DNA of 64,000 nt from Bdellovibrionota bacterium. Lineage in GTDB: Bacteria; Bdellovibrionota; UBA2428. This document shows, one piece after another, positions 1-8,477 of the stretch; position 1 is the first letter of the stretch, and every line of letters starts with the position of its first letter. The stretch covers positions 192,651 to 256,650 of the forward strand of contig JAWKOD010000004.1 in the NCBI GenBank assembly GCA_041391385.1. The letters are read 5' to 3'. The notes under the pieces were generated by a model. The model searched no databases, was not told the origin of the DNA, and saw nothing but the letters and a program-made list of their open reading frames with translations. Made by a program: the position numbers and the translations under genes.

Positions 1-662
1 TCAGGTTGAAGCTTCATAAGCTTTGATGCTCCTACTACCGAGTCGACAGTGTCATTAAGACGGGTGAGAGAGTCTTGAGATTCTTTATAAAGATGTGACT
101 CTTTTTCGCAGAGATAGAAAACAAGAATAGGAATAATTGGAAAAAGAATGAGCGAAATCAGCGTGAGCTTAACGCTGATATTAAACATGAAAACAATTGA
201 GAGTGTAAATAAAAAGAGAAAGTCTGTGCTTGCTACAAAGAAGAAACCAAAGGTGTTTTGAGCACTCGTGACGTCACTTGTGGAAAGGTTGATAAGTTCC
301 CCCCGCGTAAGTCGTTTATGAAAAAGTGAAAGAGGTAAATACCGCGCAGTGTCCCACACTTTTTGCTTAAGATTGCGCGCAGCCTTAAAGCTTTGCATGG
401 CTAAAAAACGTCTCCACGTTACACGGCAGGCGAATTGTAAGACAAAAGTTGCTACTAAGCCCCAAATTAAATTCGGGTTAAAACTACGGGTTTTGTCGAG
501 GGTATCGATATTCCACTGAATTATTTTTGGAATAAAGACGTCGACAACATTTGTGCCTGCGACTCCTAGTATTCCAATAAGGTAGGGCCAGGGTCTTGAT
601 ACAACATGTTTAAGCCAATGAGAAAGTGTTTCTTTCATAGTGGCTTTTGGTGTTTCTATCAT
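1..662 (-). CDS. ABC exporter-type protein, N-terminal transmembrane domain; the 3' part runs off the window
   Basis: I translated the minus strand from ATG 662 (alternative ATG 638): MIETPKATMKETLSHWLKHVVSRPWPYLIGILGVAGTNVVDVFIPKIIQW...RGELINLSTSDVTSAQN... The frame stays open to position 1. The pattern fits the ABC_membrane domain of MsbA-like exporters. It is absent from the ORF track because no stop falls inside the window. Confidence 0.7.
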   Translation of the reverse strand, partial: MIETPKATMKETLSHWLKHVVSRPWPYLIGILGVAGTNVVDVFIPKIIQWNIDTLDKTRSFNPNLIWGLVATFVLQFACRVTWRRFLAMQSFKAARNLKQKVWDTARYLPLSLFHKRLTRGELINLSTSDVTSAQNTFGFFFVASTDFLFLFTLSIVFMFNISVKLTLISLILFPIIPILVFYLCEKESHLYKESQDSLTRLNDTVDSVVGASKLMKLQP

Positions 663-1033
663 TTTCCCCTGCTCTCAATTGTTTTGGATTCTAAAACTTG
701 TTTAAGTTTTTAGCGCGCTAAAATCTGGGAGCAAAGCTTAGTCAATACAAAGTGAGAGGAAAGGGACAGCGAGTCGAGGTAAGGTATTTTTTTAAGGCTC
801 TGAATTTGCTTAGAATTTGAGAGTTTGTTTTATCAGTGTGTGGGGAAATGAGGAGTTGGCCTGTGTGAGGTGACTTCAAGACGCATGGGGGTGTGTCTGA
901 AGGATGCTTCACTTCAGAAACTGCAGTAGCAGTTCTGAGAACGTTGGGCCACGCAACTCAGGAGGGGTAAAACAAAATCTCTCTTGTATTGCGCGCGACC
1001 TGCGGCCAACTCCAAAATAGGGAGGGGGATTTT

Positions 1034-1537
1034 GTGAAAAAATCACCAAAAAAGGTTGCAGAAAAAAACGATAACGTCCGCTGGCGTCCAGGCGCCGAAA
1101 AAGCTCTTAAGAGAGATGAGGTCATAAAAAGTGGGAGTGGTCTTAACCTGACTCAGCTCAAAATGCTTAAGATGAGGCTTACAGAGCTTCGTGAAGAGAT
1201 TTTGAGGTCAATTGAGACCAAAACTCAACACGTCCTCAGGCACGCAATTGAACTTGAGAACACTTTACAAGGAGATGATGCTGAGGTGGCTGAAAAGCAG
1301 CGACTCAGTAACGCAAATCTTCAAGAAATGGAATTCTTAAAGTCTAGATTGATGCTTGTGGACAGAGCTCTCTTGAAAATGCGAGAGGGAGTTTACGGAA
1401 TTTGTGAAGAAACAGAAGAGCCAATAGGCTTTGAGCGTTTGCACGTTGTTCCTTGGGCTCGTTTTTCCATTAAGGTGCAAGAAAAACGCGAAATTCGTAG
1501 TCGCGAATTTGGTCGCAATCTTAGTAGAGCGGAATAA
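1034..1537 (+). CDS. dksA: DksA/TraR-family protein lacking the C4 zinc-finger cysteines
   Basis: A coiled-coil region is followed by LLKMREGVYGICEETEEPIGFERLHVVPWARFSI, which has the layout of the DksA C-terminus. GTG 1034 lies 6 nt after GGAGGGGG and is a better start than TTG 989. Confidence 0.65.
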   Translation: MKKSPKKVAEKNDNVRWRPGAEKALKRDEVIKSGSGLNLTQLKMLKMRLTELREEILRSIETKTQHVLRHAIELENTLQGDDAEVAEKQRLSNANLQEMEFLKSRLMLVDRALLKMREGVYGICEETEEPIGFERLHVVPWARFSIKVQEKREIRSREFGRNLSRAE

Positions 1538-1560
1538 GCAGCAGAGCTGCATTGTATCGG

Positions 1561-1598
1561 AAAGTGGATTTGGTCTATTGAGACTAAATCCACTTTTA
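1561..1598 (+). terminator. Rho-independent terminator candidate after the dksA-like gene
   Basis: Stem AAAGTGGATTT (1561-1571) pairs with AAATCCACTTT (1586-1596) across a 14-nt loop. A short T run follows. Confidence 0.55.
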
Positions 1599-1677
1599 CT
1601 CGTCGCGCATGACTCTATGCTCTAAAGACGTTACACGAAGACTATCTTATAAATAGATTCAGAGTGAGGTATTTCAA

Positions 1678-2622
1678 ATGTTTAATTTAATTTCGACTAA
1701 AGGTTTTTTACTTTTTTTACTATTTTCTTTTACGGCTGTTGCTGAAACGACAACGCAAAAGCTTATAGAAGATAATGAAGTAAATGCTAAAACTAAATCC
1801 TCTTTGTCTGAACTCATTGATCAACAGCAGATTCAACTTGATACGCTTTGGGCTGATTCTGCTGAGCAAGTTTTAAAGAATCAAACGTTAAGTGCTTCAG
1901 AAATTCTGGAGCTTCGAGGAAACTCCGAGTTGACAATCAATGAAATTGAAAAAGCATTGGCTATTGAATTTCCAAATGAGCTTGGAAACATTAAAGCGAG
2001 GCATGCTCGTCCTTCTGCGCCACGTAACGGTGCGCTTTACCAGGATATCTATCAAGAGTCCCCCGTTCTCATTGATTACACAGGTGAGGGGAACAAAGTT
2101 GTGAAAATGTCCTTTGCTGTCGTTTACAAATATTTAAGAGATGAAGACGGAAAAGTGAATCCTCATTTTGTGCGCGCTCAACTTGTTTCTCCAGGAGCGG
2201 CTGGTCACAGAAGCTCTGTCGGTGAGTTTGATATTGATAGAAGACACCGTTACTACGTTTCGCAAACGTATGGTTCGCGTATGGATTATGCTCAATTCTT
2301 TATTGGAGGTATTGCTATTCACCAAACATTGGTTGAAAGCTATCCCAAGCTCGGCATGCCAGCCTCTCACGGCTGCATAAGACATCATGAGTATGATGCA
2401 GATGCGATGTGGAACCTAATGGGAGAGACCTTAGAAGACGGTGATATGGTGAACATTAAAGTTTATCCCTTTGGTGTGGATGTTGTGTTGGCCGATGGGT
2501 CAAGTGGCACTGAGCAAGAAGGAATGGGGGCTGAACTAAACGAATGGCTCAACAGAAGTATTGAGTGCACGCGAAGAGGTGTTTCAAGTTCTTGCACAAA
2601 ATCATGGGTCGATTGGAACTAA
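1678..2622 (+). CDS. L,D-transpeptidase (YkuD) family protein, secreted
   Basis: N-terminal signal peptide. The YkuD catalytic motif SHGCIRH lies near the C-terminus. Confidence 0.75.
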   Translation: MFNLISTKGFLLFLLFSFTAVAETTTQKLIEDNEVNAKTKSSLSELIDQQQIQLDTLWADSAEQVLKNQTLSASEILELRGNSELTINEIEKALAIEFPNELGNIKARHARPSAPRNGALYQDIYQESPVLIDYTGEGNKVVKMSFAVVYKYLRDEDGKVNPHFVRAQLVSPGAAGHRSSVGEFDIDRRHRYYVSQTYGSRMDYAQFFIGGIAIHQTLVESYPKLGMPASHGCIRHHEYDADAMWNLMGETLEDGDMVNIKVYPFGVDVVLADGSSGTEQEGMGAELNEWLNRSIECTRRGVSSSCTKSWVDWN

Positions 2623-2744
2623 GGCAAGCTCAGTTAAGTTGTTTCGCATTATATTGAAGTCATAATCCTTCATCGTTCATTTGTGAACAAAACATTCAAT
2701 CTTGCCCCAGCGCTGGGGGTATCTCTAAGTATTAAGGTTAAAAA

Positions 2745-3350
2745 TTAAGGGCTATAGAGCTTTTCAATAAAACTAAAAGTTTTCTCGTTTTTTTTAAAAA
2801 GTATTTTATAAACACTTGTGTTTGCGGTTCTGAATTCAGTTTCGCTAAAGTCTCGACACATTTCTAAAATGCGTCGCATGGATCCACCGTGAGAAACGAT
2901 AGCAATCTTTTTATAAGCGGCATGTGCGTCAAGCAATGACAGGAGAGTGTTTTCAAGTCTCTCCCTGTGTTGAAGTTTTGATTCTCCCTCTGGGAAGGCG
3001 AAGTCTTCGTTGGGCTTTCCATTTGAGAGCCACCTTTTATAGGCGTCTGGAAATTGAAGGTGAAGGTCCTCAAAAAAAAGCCCTTCTGCTTTTCCGAGTG
3101 CAGCCTCACGTAATCCCTGATGTTGAATGATTGCAATGTCTTTGTGGGGCTTGGCAAGTTCTGCTGTTTCAATGGCACGACTCAGGTCACTCGTTAAAAA
3201 AACTTCAATGGAGTGAGGGAGAAGAACTTTTTTTAGGGCACTTGCTTGTCTTCGCCCGTTTTCATTAAGTGGAATATCCGTATGGCCTTGAAGTCTACAC
3301 TGTACGTTCCAATCAGTTTGGCCGTGACGAATTAAAAACAGTTCAATCAT
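2745..3350 (-). CDS. Histidine phosphatase (phosphoglycerate mutase family)
   Basis: N-terminal LIRHGQTDWN (RHG catalytic motif) and a later SHGG motif. Confidence 0.8.
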   Translation of the reverse strand: MIELFLIRHGQTDWNVQCRLQGHTDIPLNENGRRQASALKKVLLPHSIEVFLTSDLSRAIETAELAKPHKDIAIIQHQGLREAALGKAEGLFFEDLHLQFPDAYKRWLSNGKPNEDFAFPEGESKLQHRERLENTLLSLLDAHAAYKKIAIVSHGGSMRRILEMCRDFSETEFRTANTSVYKILFKKNEKTFSFIEKLYSP

Positions 3351-3374
3351 TGAAAATATATTTTAATACATTTT

Positions 3375-3851
3375 CTATTCTAAAACTTCTCTAAAAGAGG
3401 CCTCATAACGATTGGCTTCACTGAGAGTAAAGTTTTTGAGTCGTGGATAGAGACTCCACGCTTTTCCAAGCGGAGATTTTTTAAGATCTATGTTTTCTTT
3501 TCTGAATTGATCTGAGATAGGTCTCACCCATCTTTGGCAGCGTTGTTTGACCTCACTCACCCAATTGTCGCTCACAACAGTGGATTCTTTTGCGGCTACG
3601 GAGACCCAAGCAGATGATTGTTTTTGCATGCATTTCATTTTTCCAAGATTTGGAATTAAATATTGTTTTTCTTGAAAACTCTTACAATCTACAGGTGAAG
3701 AGAAAATTTCAAAAACTTCTGAATTGTTAACGGCAAATTGTGCACGGATAGGATCTTCAAATGAAAGCAATGTGAGTGGAGTGTTTGCGGGAAGTCCTAA
3801 GCTTTGTCTCAGGTAGAGAGCGAGTCTTTTGGAGCGTTCATTGAGGGCCAC
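3375..3851 (-). CDS. Hypothetical protein; start uncertain
   Basis: 158-aa ORF with no recognisable motif. The GTG start directly abuts an AAGGAG. An ATG at 3841 sits 9 nt after that SD but is out of frame by one base at a CAAAAG run. Confidence 0.45.
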   Translation of the reverse strand: MALNERSKRLALYLRQSLGLPANTPLTLLSFEDPIRAQFAVNNSEVFEIFSSPVDCKSFQEKQYLIPNLGKMKCMQKQSSAWVSVAAKESTVVSDNWVSEVKQRCQRWVRPISDQFRKENIDLKKSPLGKAWSLYPRLKNFTLSEANRYEASFREVLE

Positions 3852-4094
3852 TCCTTCATTTGCGTTGAGGTTGGGCCGCTTTGAGCAAGAGCTCTATTTT
3901 CGAATGGGGGAGTGATGTGAGCTTTGGGAATGGAAAGTCCCCACTCGGACCAGAGGTCTTCTAAACAGTGTGGGCTTATTTGAGTATTGCTGTGAAAGCG
4001 CGAGAAATTTCCATTTCTAAATCTATAGCTAAGAGCAGAGAAAGTGGGTTGACTTCATTCTTGTTGAGGGGTCTTAGGTCGAGAGGAGTGCGCC

Positions 4095-4361
4095 CTAAAG
4101 TGCCTGTTTTTTTCCAGTGATGTTTAAGCTTGGAAATTCAGATAAGACTCTATTTTGAAATTCTGGGTAACTAAAAACGTATGTAAAATAAGTCCAGCCG
4201 TTCTCTAGCGCTGTTTTTTGAGTTTCTTTGGGGAGTGCTTCAAAATTTTTAATAATATCTGAAATTTCTAAATGAGAGGTTTTAGGGCTCTTTAGGCTTT
4301 GACAGCTAGCCATAAGAATAAGAGCTAAGAATTGGAATTTAAAGGTTTTCAGGAGCATCAA
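4095..4361 (-). CDS. Small lipoprotein, hypothetical
   Basis: 88-aa ORF with a signal peptide ending in the lipobox-like LMASC. Confidence 0.5.
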   Translation of the reverse strand: MMLLKTFKFQFLALILMASCQSLKSPKTSHLEISDIIKNFEALPKETQKTALENGWTYFTYVFSYPEFQNRVLSEFPSLNITGKKQAL

Positions 4362-4497
4362 GCCATCTTACAGTCGATGGGCTTAGGACGAAATGCTCAG
4401 CTCGTTGTAGAAGGTGTTTTCATTATAATTCGGTGTTCCATATTTGTGGAAGGGGCTTGCCACGTGCCCTCAAAACAGGCTTATACTAGCTTCCACT

Positions 4498-4695
4498 ATG
4501 GCTGAAGTATTAGTAGTTGCTAGTAAAGTACGTTCTTACATCAAAGACAAAGGCGAGTGTAACACTGCCTCTGAAACAATCGACGCTCTCTCTGCTGCTG
4601 TTGAGAAGGTCTTGGATAAAGCTATCGAAGCTGCAAAATCCCAAGGTCGTAAAACAGTAATGGCTAGAGACATCGTTGTTCCTTACGGATCTTGA
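4498..4695 (+). CDS. Histone-fold DNA-binding protein (bacterial histone, HBb/Bd0055-like)
   Basis: 65 aa: MAEVLVVASKVRSYIKDKGECNTASETIDALSAAVEKVLDKAIEAAKSQGRKTVMARDIVVPYGS. GRKTVxxxDI is the L2/alpha3 signature of HMf-type histone folds. From memory it is nearly colinear with B. bacteriovorus Bd0055. I prefer ATG 4498 over the track start at 4444. Confidence 0.85.
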   Translation: MAEVLVVASKVRSYIKDKGECNTASETIDALSAAVEKVLDKAIEAAKSQGRKTVMARDIVVPYGS

Positions 4696-5342
4696 AGACG
4701 AGCTTTAAGCAACATTTTTTGAGTTTATCTTTTGCACTGGTCTTCTTACCTCCTCAAAAGGAGATGGAAGATTGGGCGGGGGCTTTTCCTGCTAGGACTC
4801 TTTCTAAAGAGTCTTTTCAGGAGATGCCTTCTACTGCTAACTCGTCAGCTTCTTCGACAAGGTCGGAGCAGTCTACGCGATTTAGTTTTAATGGGATTGA
4901 TAAATTAAGTTTTGCTCTTAGCAGAGGTTCTAAACGTGAGTGGGAGATCACCCTTCCTCCCGTGGAGTATTCTCAAGTCTGGGGAGATGGCGCTTGGTCT
5001 GGCCTTAGCCTAGTGGCTAAGGAAATACATCATTTCTATATACGAAATCACAGACGTGGCCCTGAGCCTAAGTATAGAGTTTATTCTTTAAGTCCCGATT
5101 GGGAGCTCATTGATTTTGAGACATGCTCTAAGTATCAATCCTATCTTTTAGAAAAATCACTTAAGACTAAAAATTTGTATAAGTTAACGGCTGTGAGAAT
5201 GCTTCATTCTCAGGAGTTAAAAAGAGAAGCTGCATGGAGCTTTGAAGTAGAAAATGATCAGGAGTTTTTAAGCTTAAAAAGTAATTCTTGTAAAAGCCTT
5301 CAAATCGATGGCTGGCCGAAATCTTACGCACTGAAACTCTAA
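4692..5342 (+). CDS. Hypothetical protein
   Basis: 216-aa ORF with a TTG start overlapping the histone stop (alternative ATG 4764). No recognisable motif. Confidence 0.45.
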   Translation: MKTSFKQHFLSLSFALVFLPPQKEMEDWAGAFPARTLSKESFQEMPSTANSSASSTRSEQSTRFSFNGIDKLSFALSRGSKREWEITLPPVEYSQVWGDGAWSGLSLVAKEIHHFYIRNHRRGPEPKYRVYSLSPDWELIDFETCSKYQSYLLEKSLKTKNLYKLTAVRMLHSQELKREAAWSFEVENDQEFLSLKSNSCKSLQIDGWPKSYALKL

Positions 5343-5392
5343 TCAAAGTACATTGTTTGAAATGTTGAACTTAAGCACTTAGAACTACATCT

Positions 5393-6691
5393 ATGGTTGA
5401 GATTTTTCGCGATGTGCACATGCTCGGTGATGATGCTTTGTATGATCTTTGGGTTGAGGATGGGATTTTAACAAAGAAAATTCTTTCTCAAGACCAGGGA
5501 GCTTTCTCAAAGGATTTAAGTTCTAGTTCTCAATCTAAATTTCATAAATGCAAAGGGCTATGTGCTATTCCAGCAGGAGTAGATGTTCAGGTTCACTTGC
5601 GAACTCCAGGACAGAATGAAAAAGAAAATCCTGAGACTGGAATTAAAGCTGCACTTCATGGCGGATACGGCGCTGTTTTGGCTATGCCAAACACAAAGCC
5701 GACTACGGATTGTCCAGAGGTACTTAAGCAAGCGCAAGAGGCTCTTCGTCCTGTTGCTCAACGCTATGGAATTACCCCGCTTTTTTGTAGCAGCGTGACT
5801 AAGGGACTCGAGGGTAAGGAACTTGTGCAACTCAATGAAATGGCTAAGGCCGGAGCAGCAGCTTTTACCGATGACGGTAAAGGGATTGAATCAGATGATT
5901 TTATGCGGGCTGCCTATAGAGCGAGTGCAGAAACAGGTATTCCCGTTCTTCAACATGCAGAGTGGTCGGGGCATGGAGGAGTTTTATCAGACTGCGCAGT
6001 GACTCGAAAATTAGGACTTAAAGCCTATGACCGTAAGCAAGAGTGGAGTTTTGTAGAGCGAGACTTAAAACTCTTAAAAGAATTCCCTGGAGCTCGCTAT
6101 CATGTCCTACACGTTACAACGCGAGAAAGCGTTGAGCTTGTTCGTAGGGCAAAAGAAACGGGCTTGAATGTAACGGCCGAAGCGAGCCCGCATCATCTCT
6201 ATTTTTGTGCAGATGATATCGACCCCGAAAATACCGCTTTTAAGATGAATCCACCTCTTCATCAAAATGAAGACCGTGAGGCTATTCGCAAAGGTCTTAA
6301 TGAGGGCGTTTTGGACTTTGTAGCCACGGATCATGCTCCGCATGAAGCATCTGCCAAAGGAGCAGATTTCGCAAAGGCTGCCTTCGGTACCATTGGCATG
6401 GAAAGTTCCTTAAGGGTGCTGCTCACTGGCTTCTATGAGGGTTGGATTAATCCTGATAGAATGTGGGATATTTTCTCGAGGGCGCCAGCTCGTTTTTTGG
6501 GCTTAGAGGCTGAATATGGCCATATAGAGCTTGGGAAGCCCTTTAGGGTGGCATTCTTTGATCCCAACAGCGATGAAGCCTTCGCTCTTTCAGATATTCA
6601 GAGCTTGTCTAAAAATAGCTGTTTTTTAGGGGTAAAACTCAGAGGAAAGCTCGTAGGGCATTTTACGAAATCAGGCTTCTTCACCCTTTGA
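5393..6691 (+). CDS. pyrC: Dihydroorotase
   Basis: Amidohydrolase motifs DVQVHLRTPG and FVATDHAPH. Length is about 430 aa. Confidence 0.85.
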   Translation: MVEIFRDVHMLGDDALYDLWVEDGILTKKILSQDQGAFSKDLSSSSQSKFHKCKGLCAIPAGVDVQVHLRTPGQNEKENPETGIKAALHGGYGAVLAMPNTKPTTDCPEVLKQAQEALRPVAQRYGITPLFCSSVTKGLEGKELVQLNEMAKAGAAAFTDDGKGIESDDFMRAAYRASAETGIPVLQHAEWSGHGGVLSDCAVTRKLGLKAYDRKQEWSFVERDLKLLKEFPGARYHVLHVTTRESVELVRRAKETGLNVTAEASPHHLYFCADDIDPENTAFKMNPPLHQNEDREAIRKGLNEGVLDFVATDHAPHEASAKGADFAKAAFGTIGMESSLRVLLTGFYEGWINPDRMWDIFSRAPARFLGLEAEYGHIELGKPFRVAFFDPNSDEAFALSDIQSLSKNSCFLGVKLRGKLVGHFTKSGFFTL

Positions 6692-6749
6692 CTTAGGTTT
6701 GAATCTCTGGAATAAAGGGTACCTCATAAGGTAATAACAGGAAGAATAG

Positions 6750-7384
6750 ATGTCTAAAAACTTAGTTAGTCGCAGTCCCCGTTTTAAACGCCAACGTCGC
6801 CTCGGAGTTGAACTTCCAGGTTTAGGAAAGCCAGGAGCTTTGGATCGTAAACCGTATCCACCTGGAGAGCATGGAAACCAGAAGAGAAAACTCTCTGAAT
6901 ACGCGCTCAGATTAGAAGAAAAACAAAAGCTTGTGTTTCACTACGGACTCCGCGAAGAACAACTTCGCCGTTTCGTGCGTGACTCAAAAGAGGAAAGGCA
7001 ACTGACTGGGTAGATACCCTTATTGGTCGTCTTGAAAGAAGACTTGATAACGTACTTTTCAGATTAGCTCTTGCTCCAAGCATTAAAGCTGCGAAGCAAA
7101 TGATTAATCATGGAAAAGTTCTTGTGAATGATAAGAAAGTGACTATTGGTTCTGCAGTTCTTAAAGCTGGAGATAAAGTTAAACTTATTCCTTCTGCTTA
7201 TAAGAGCGTAAACTTTTTGCAAGCTCAGAAGACTCAGCGTCTTTCGCTTGCTGACTACCTAGGAACTGAAACAAGTGGCGAAGAAGTGGTAGGTACAATT
7301 AAAGAAATTCCTAACGTTTCTCACATTCCGTTTCCTTTTGAGCCGGGTCTAGTTGCCGAGCACTATGCTGCTCGTAAAGCATAA
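6750..7384 (+). CDS. rpsD: 30S ribosomal protein S4, split by an apparent 1-nt frame break at an A4 run (6986-6989)
   Basis: The N-terminal piece (RKPYPPGEHG...KLSEYALRLEEKQKL) ends at TAG 7011. Frame -1 continues from 6983: LKRGKATDWVDTLIGRLERRLDNVLFRLALAPSIKAAKQMINHGKVLVNDKKV, which is the S4 domain. One extra A would give a continuous ...RDSKRGKATDW... Confidence 0.9.
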
Positions 7385-7410
7385 TTAGTAGATTATTTGT
7401 TATTTGATAA

Positions 7411-7446
7411 GGCGCCCTCTACGGCTTGTAGGGGGCGCTTTTTTTG
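7411..7446 (+). terminator. Rho-independent terminator after rpsD
   Basis: GGCGCCCTCTAC, a 5-nt loop (GGCTT), GTAGGGGGCGC, then TTTTTTT. Confidence 0.8.
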
Positions 7447-7549
7447 CTCAAAATGTCTTATGGTAGCCCCAAGTGCCGATGTGCTCTCTTCGTACGGTAT
7501 AGTTTAAATAAGGTTTGACGCGTCTGGTCGAATTCTTTATAAGCTATCT

Positions 7550-8413
7550 ATGATTAAAAACATAGTTTTACTCGTTATGATTTGTGTCTCTCAGCTTCAA
7601 GCCAGTGATCTCACTAAAGCTTGGAAAAAGGTCGAAAAAGCTGCTCAGAAGACAACTGAAAAGGTTGAATCTTGGGGCGATCACATGAAAGACCGTAACA
7701 AGGAGGAGCTCGAGGAGCTCGACGCTACGTTAAAGAAACTAGAAGAAAAAGCTAAAAAATTATGGGCAGATGTTGAAGATACGGCTCAAAAGGCATGGTC
7801 AGATGTTGAAGCCGAGTCCCAAAAAGTTACACGTGATTTAGAAGATTCATGGAAGAATTATAAAGAGAAAAGAAAACAAGAAAAAGCAGCTGATAAAGTT
7901 CCCGCACTTTCTGAAGCAGATAAAATAGTTGCAGGTAATAGAGTTTACAAAAAACTAGACCTAAAAGCTTATCCTTTTGTAGCAGATCAATATGCTTATG
8001 AGGTTTTAGCAAAATCATATGAATCAGCACTTCAGCAGGAATCCCTCAATGTAGAAGATGGTGCTTATGTTAAAAGTTCTGAAACAGGCGAAACAGTTCT
8101 GCACAGCTTAGTTCAAAAGGCTTATGTGTTAGAGCAAGAGCGCTTTTTAGCTAAACAAATTGCTCAGCTTAAGGATGTAGACTTAAAGTTGGGAGCTTTA
8201 AGCGACAGTGTCGAGTACGAGCAAACACTGTTGGCAATTACTTATTTTGCTGAGACGACTTCAATGGCTTCTGTGCAAGATGCTAAGGGACAATTCCCAA
8301 TTGATATTGTTCTTACAAACGCACCACTTTCTATTAATATAGCTCGTCATCTTGTGTCGCATGATACAAGTGGTTTTTCTCAAGCGAGACTTAACGAGTT
8401 ATTTTCAAAGTAG
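7550..8413 (+). CDS. Secreted coiled-coil protein, hypothetical
   Basis: Signal peptide, then a charged repetitive region (KKLWADVEDTAQKAWSDVEAESQK). The C-terminal half is possibly a helical repeat. Confidence 0.55.
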   Translation: MIKNIVLLVMICVSQLQASDLTKAWKKVEKAAQKTTEKVESWGDHMKDRNKEELEELDATLKKLEEKAKKLWADVEDTAQKAWSDVEAESQKVTRDLEDSWKNYKEKRKQEKAADKVPALSEADKIVAGNRVYKKLDLKAYPFVADQYAYEVLAKSYESALQQESLNVEDGAYVKSSETGETVLHSLVQKAYVLEQERFLAKQIAQLKDVDLKLGALSDSVEYEQTLLAITYFAETTSMASVQDAKGQFPIDIVLTNAPLSINIARHLVSHDTSGFSQARLNELFSK

Positions 8414-8477
8414 TTTTCTAAGCTACTTTTTGGACTTCAGTTCCCAAGAGAGGGGCACTCGCTTAAACTGAGTAGAG

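Noticed and set aside
1337-1625. Track ORFs 1337-1552(-), 1393-1593(-) and 1431-1625(+) overlapping the dksA-like gene end and terminator.
   Set aside because: They are short, lie antisense or out of frame to a motif-supported gene, have low-complexity translations, and span the terminator hairpin.
2704-2718. The palindrome CCCCAGCGCTGGGG between the convergent L,D-transpeptidase and histidine phosphatase genes, as a bidirectional terminator.
   Set aside because: The stem is only about 5 bp around a GCGC centre, and neither strand has a flanking T run. This is too weak to call.
4444-4497. The longer 83-aa version of the histone ORF, starting at 4444.
   Set aside because: The extension MWKGLATCPQNRLILAST has no counterpart in histone-fold proteins. 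MAEVLVV… matches the remembered Bd0055 N-terminus.
6984-6992. Treating the rpsD break as a confirmed programmed -1 frameshift.
   Set aside because: I saw no stimulatory SD or downstream structure. The same single-A deficit recurs in holA, which fits a run-length miscall better. I kept it as a finding to be checked rather than asserting it.
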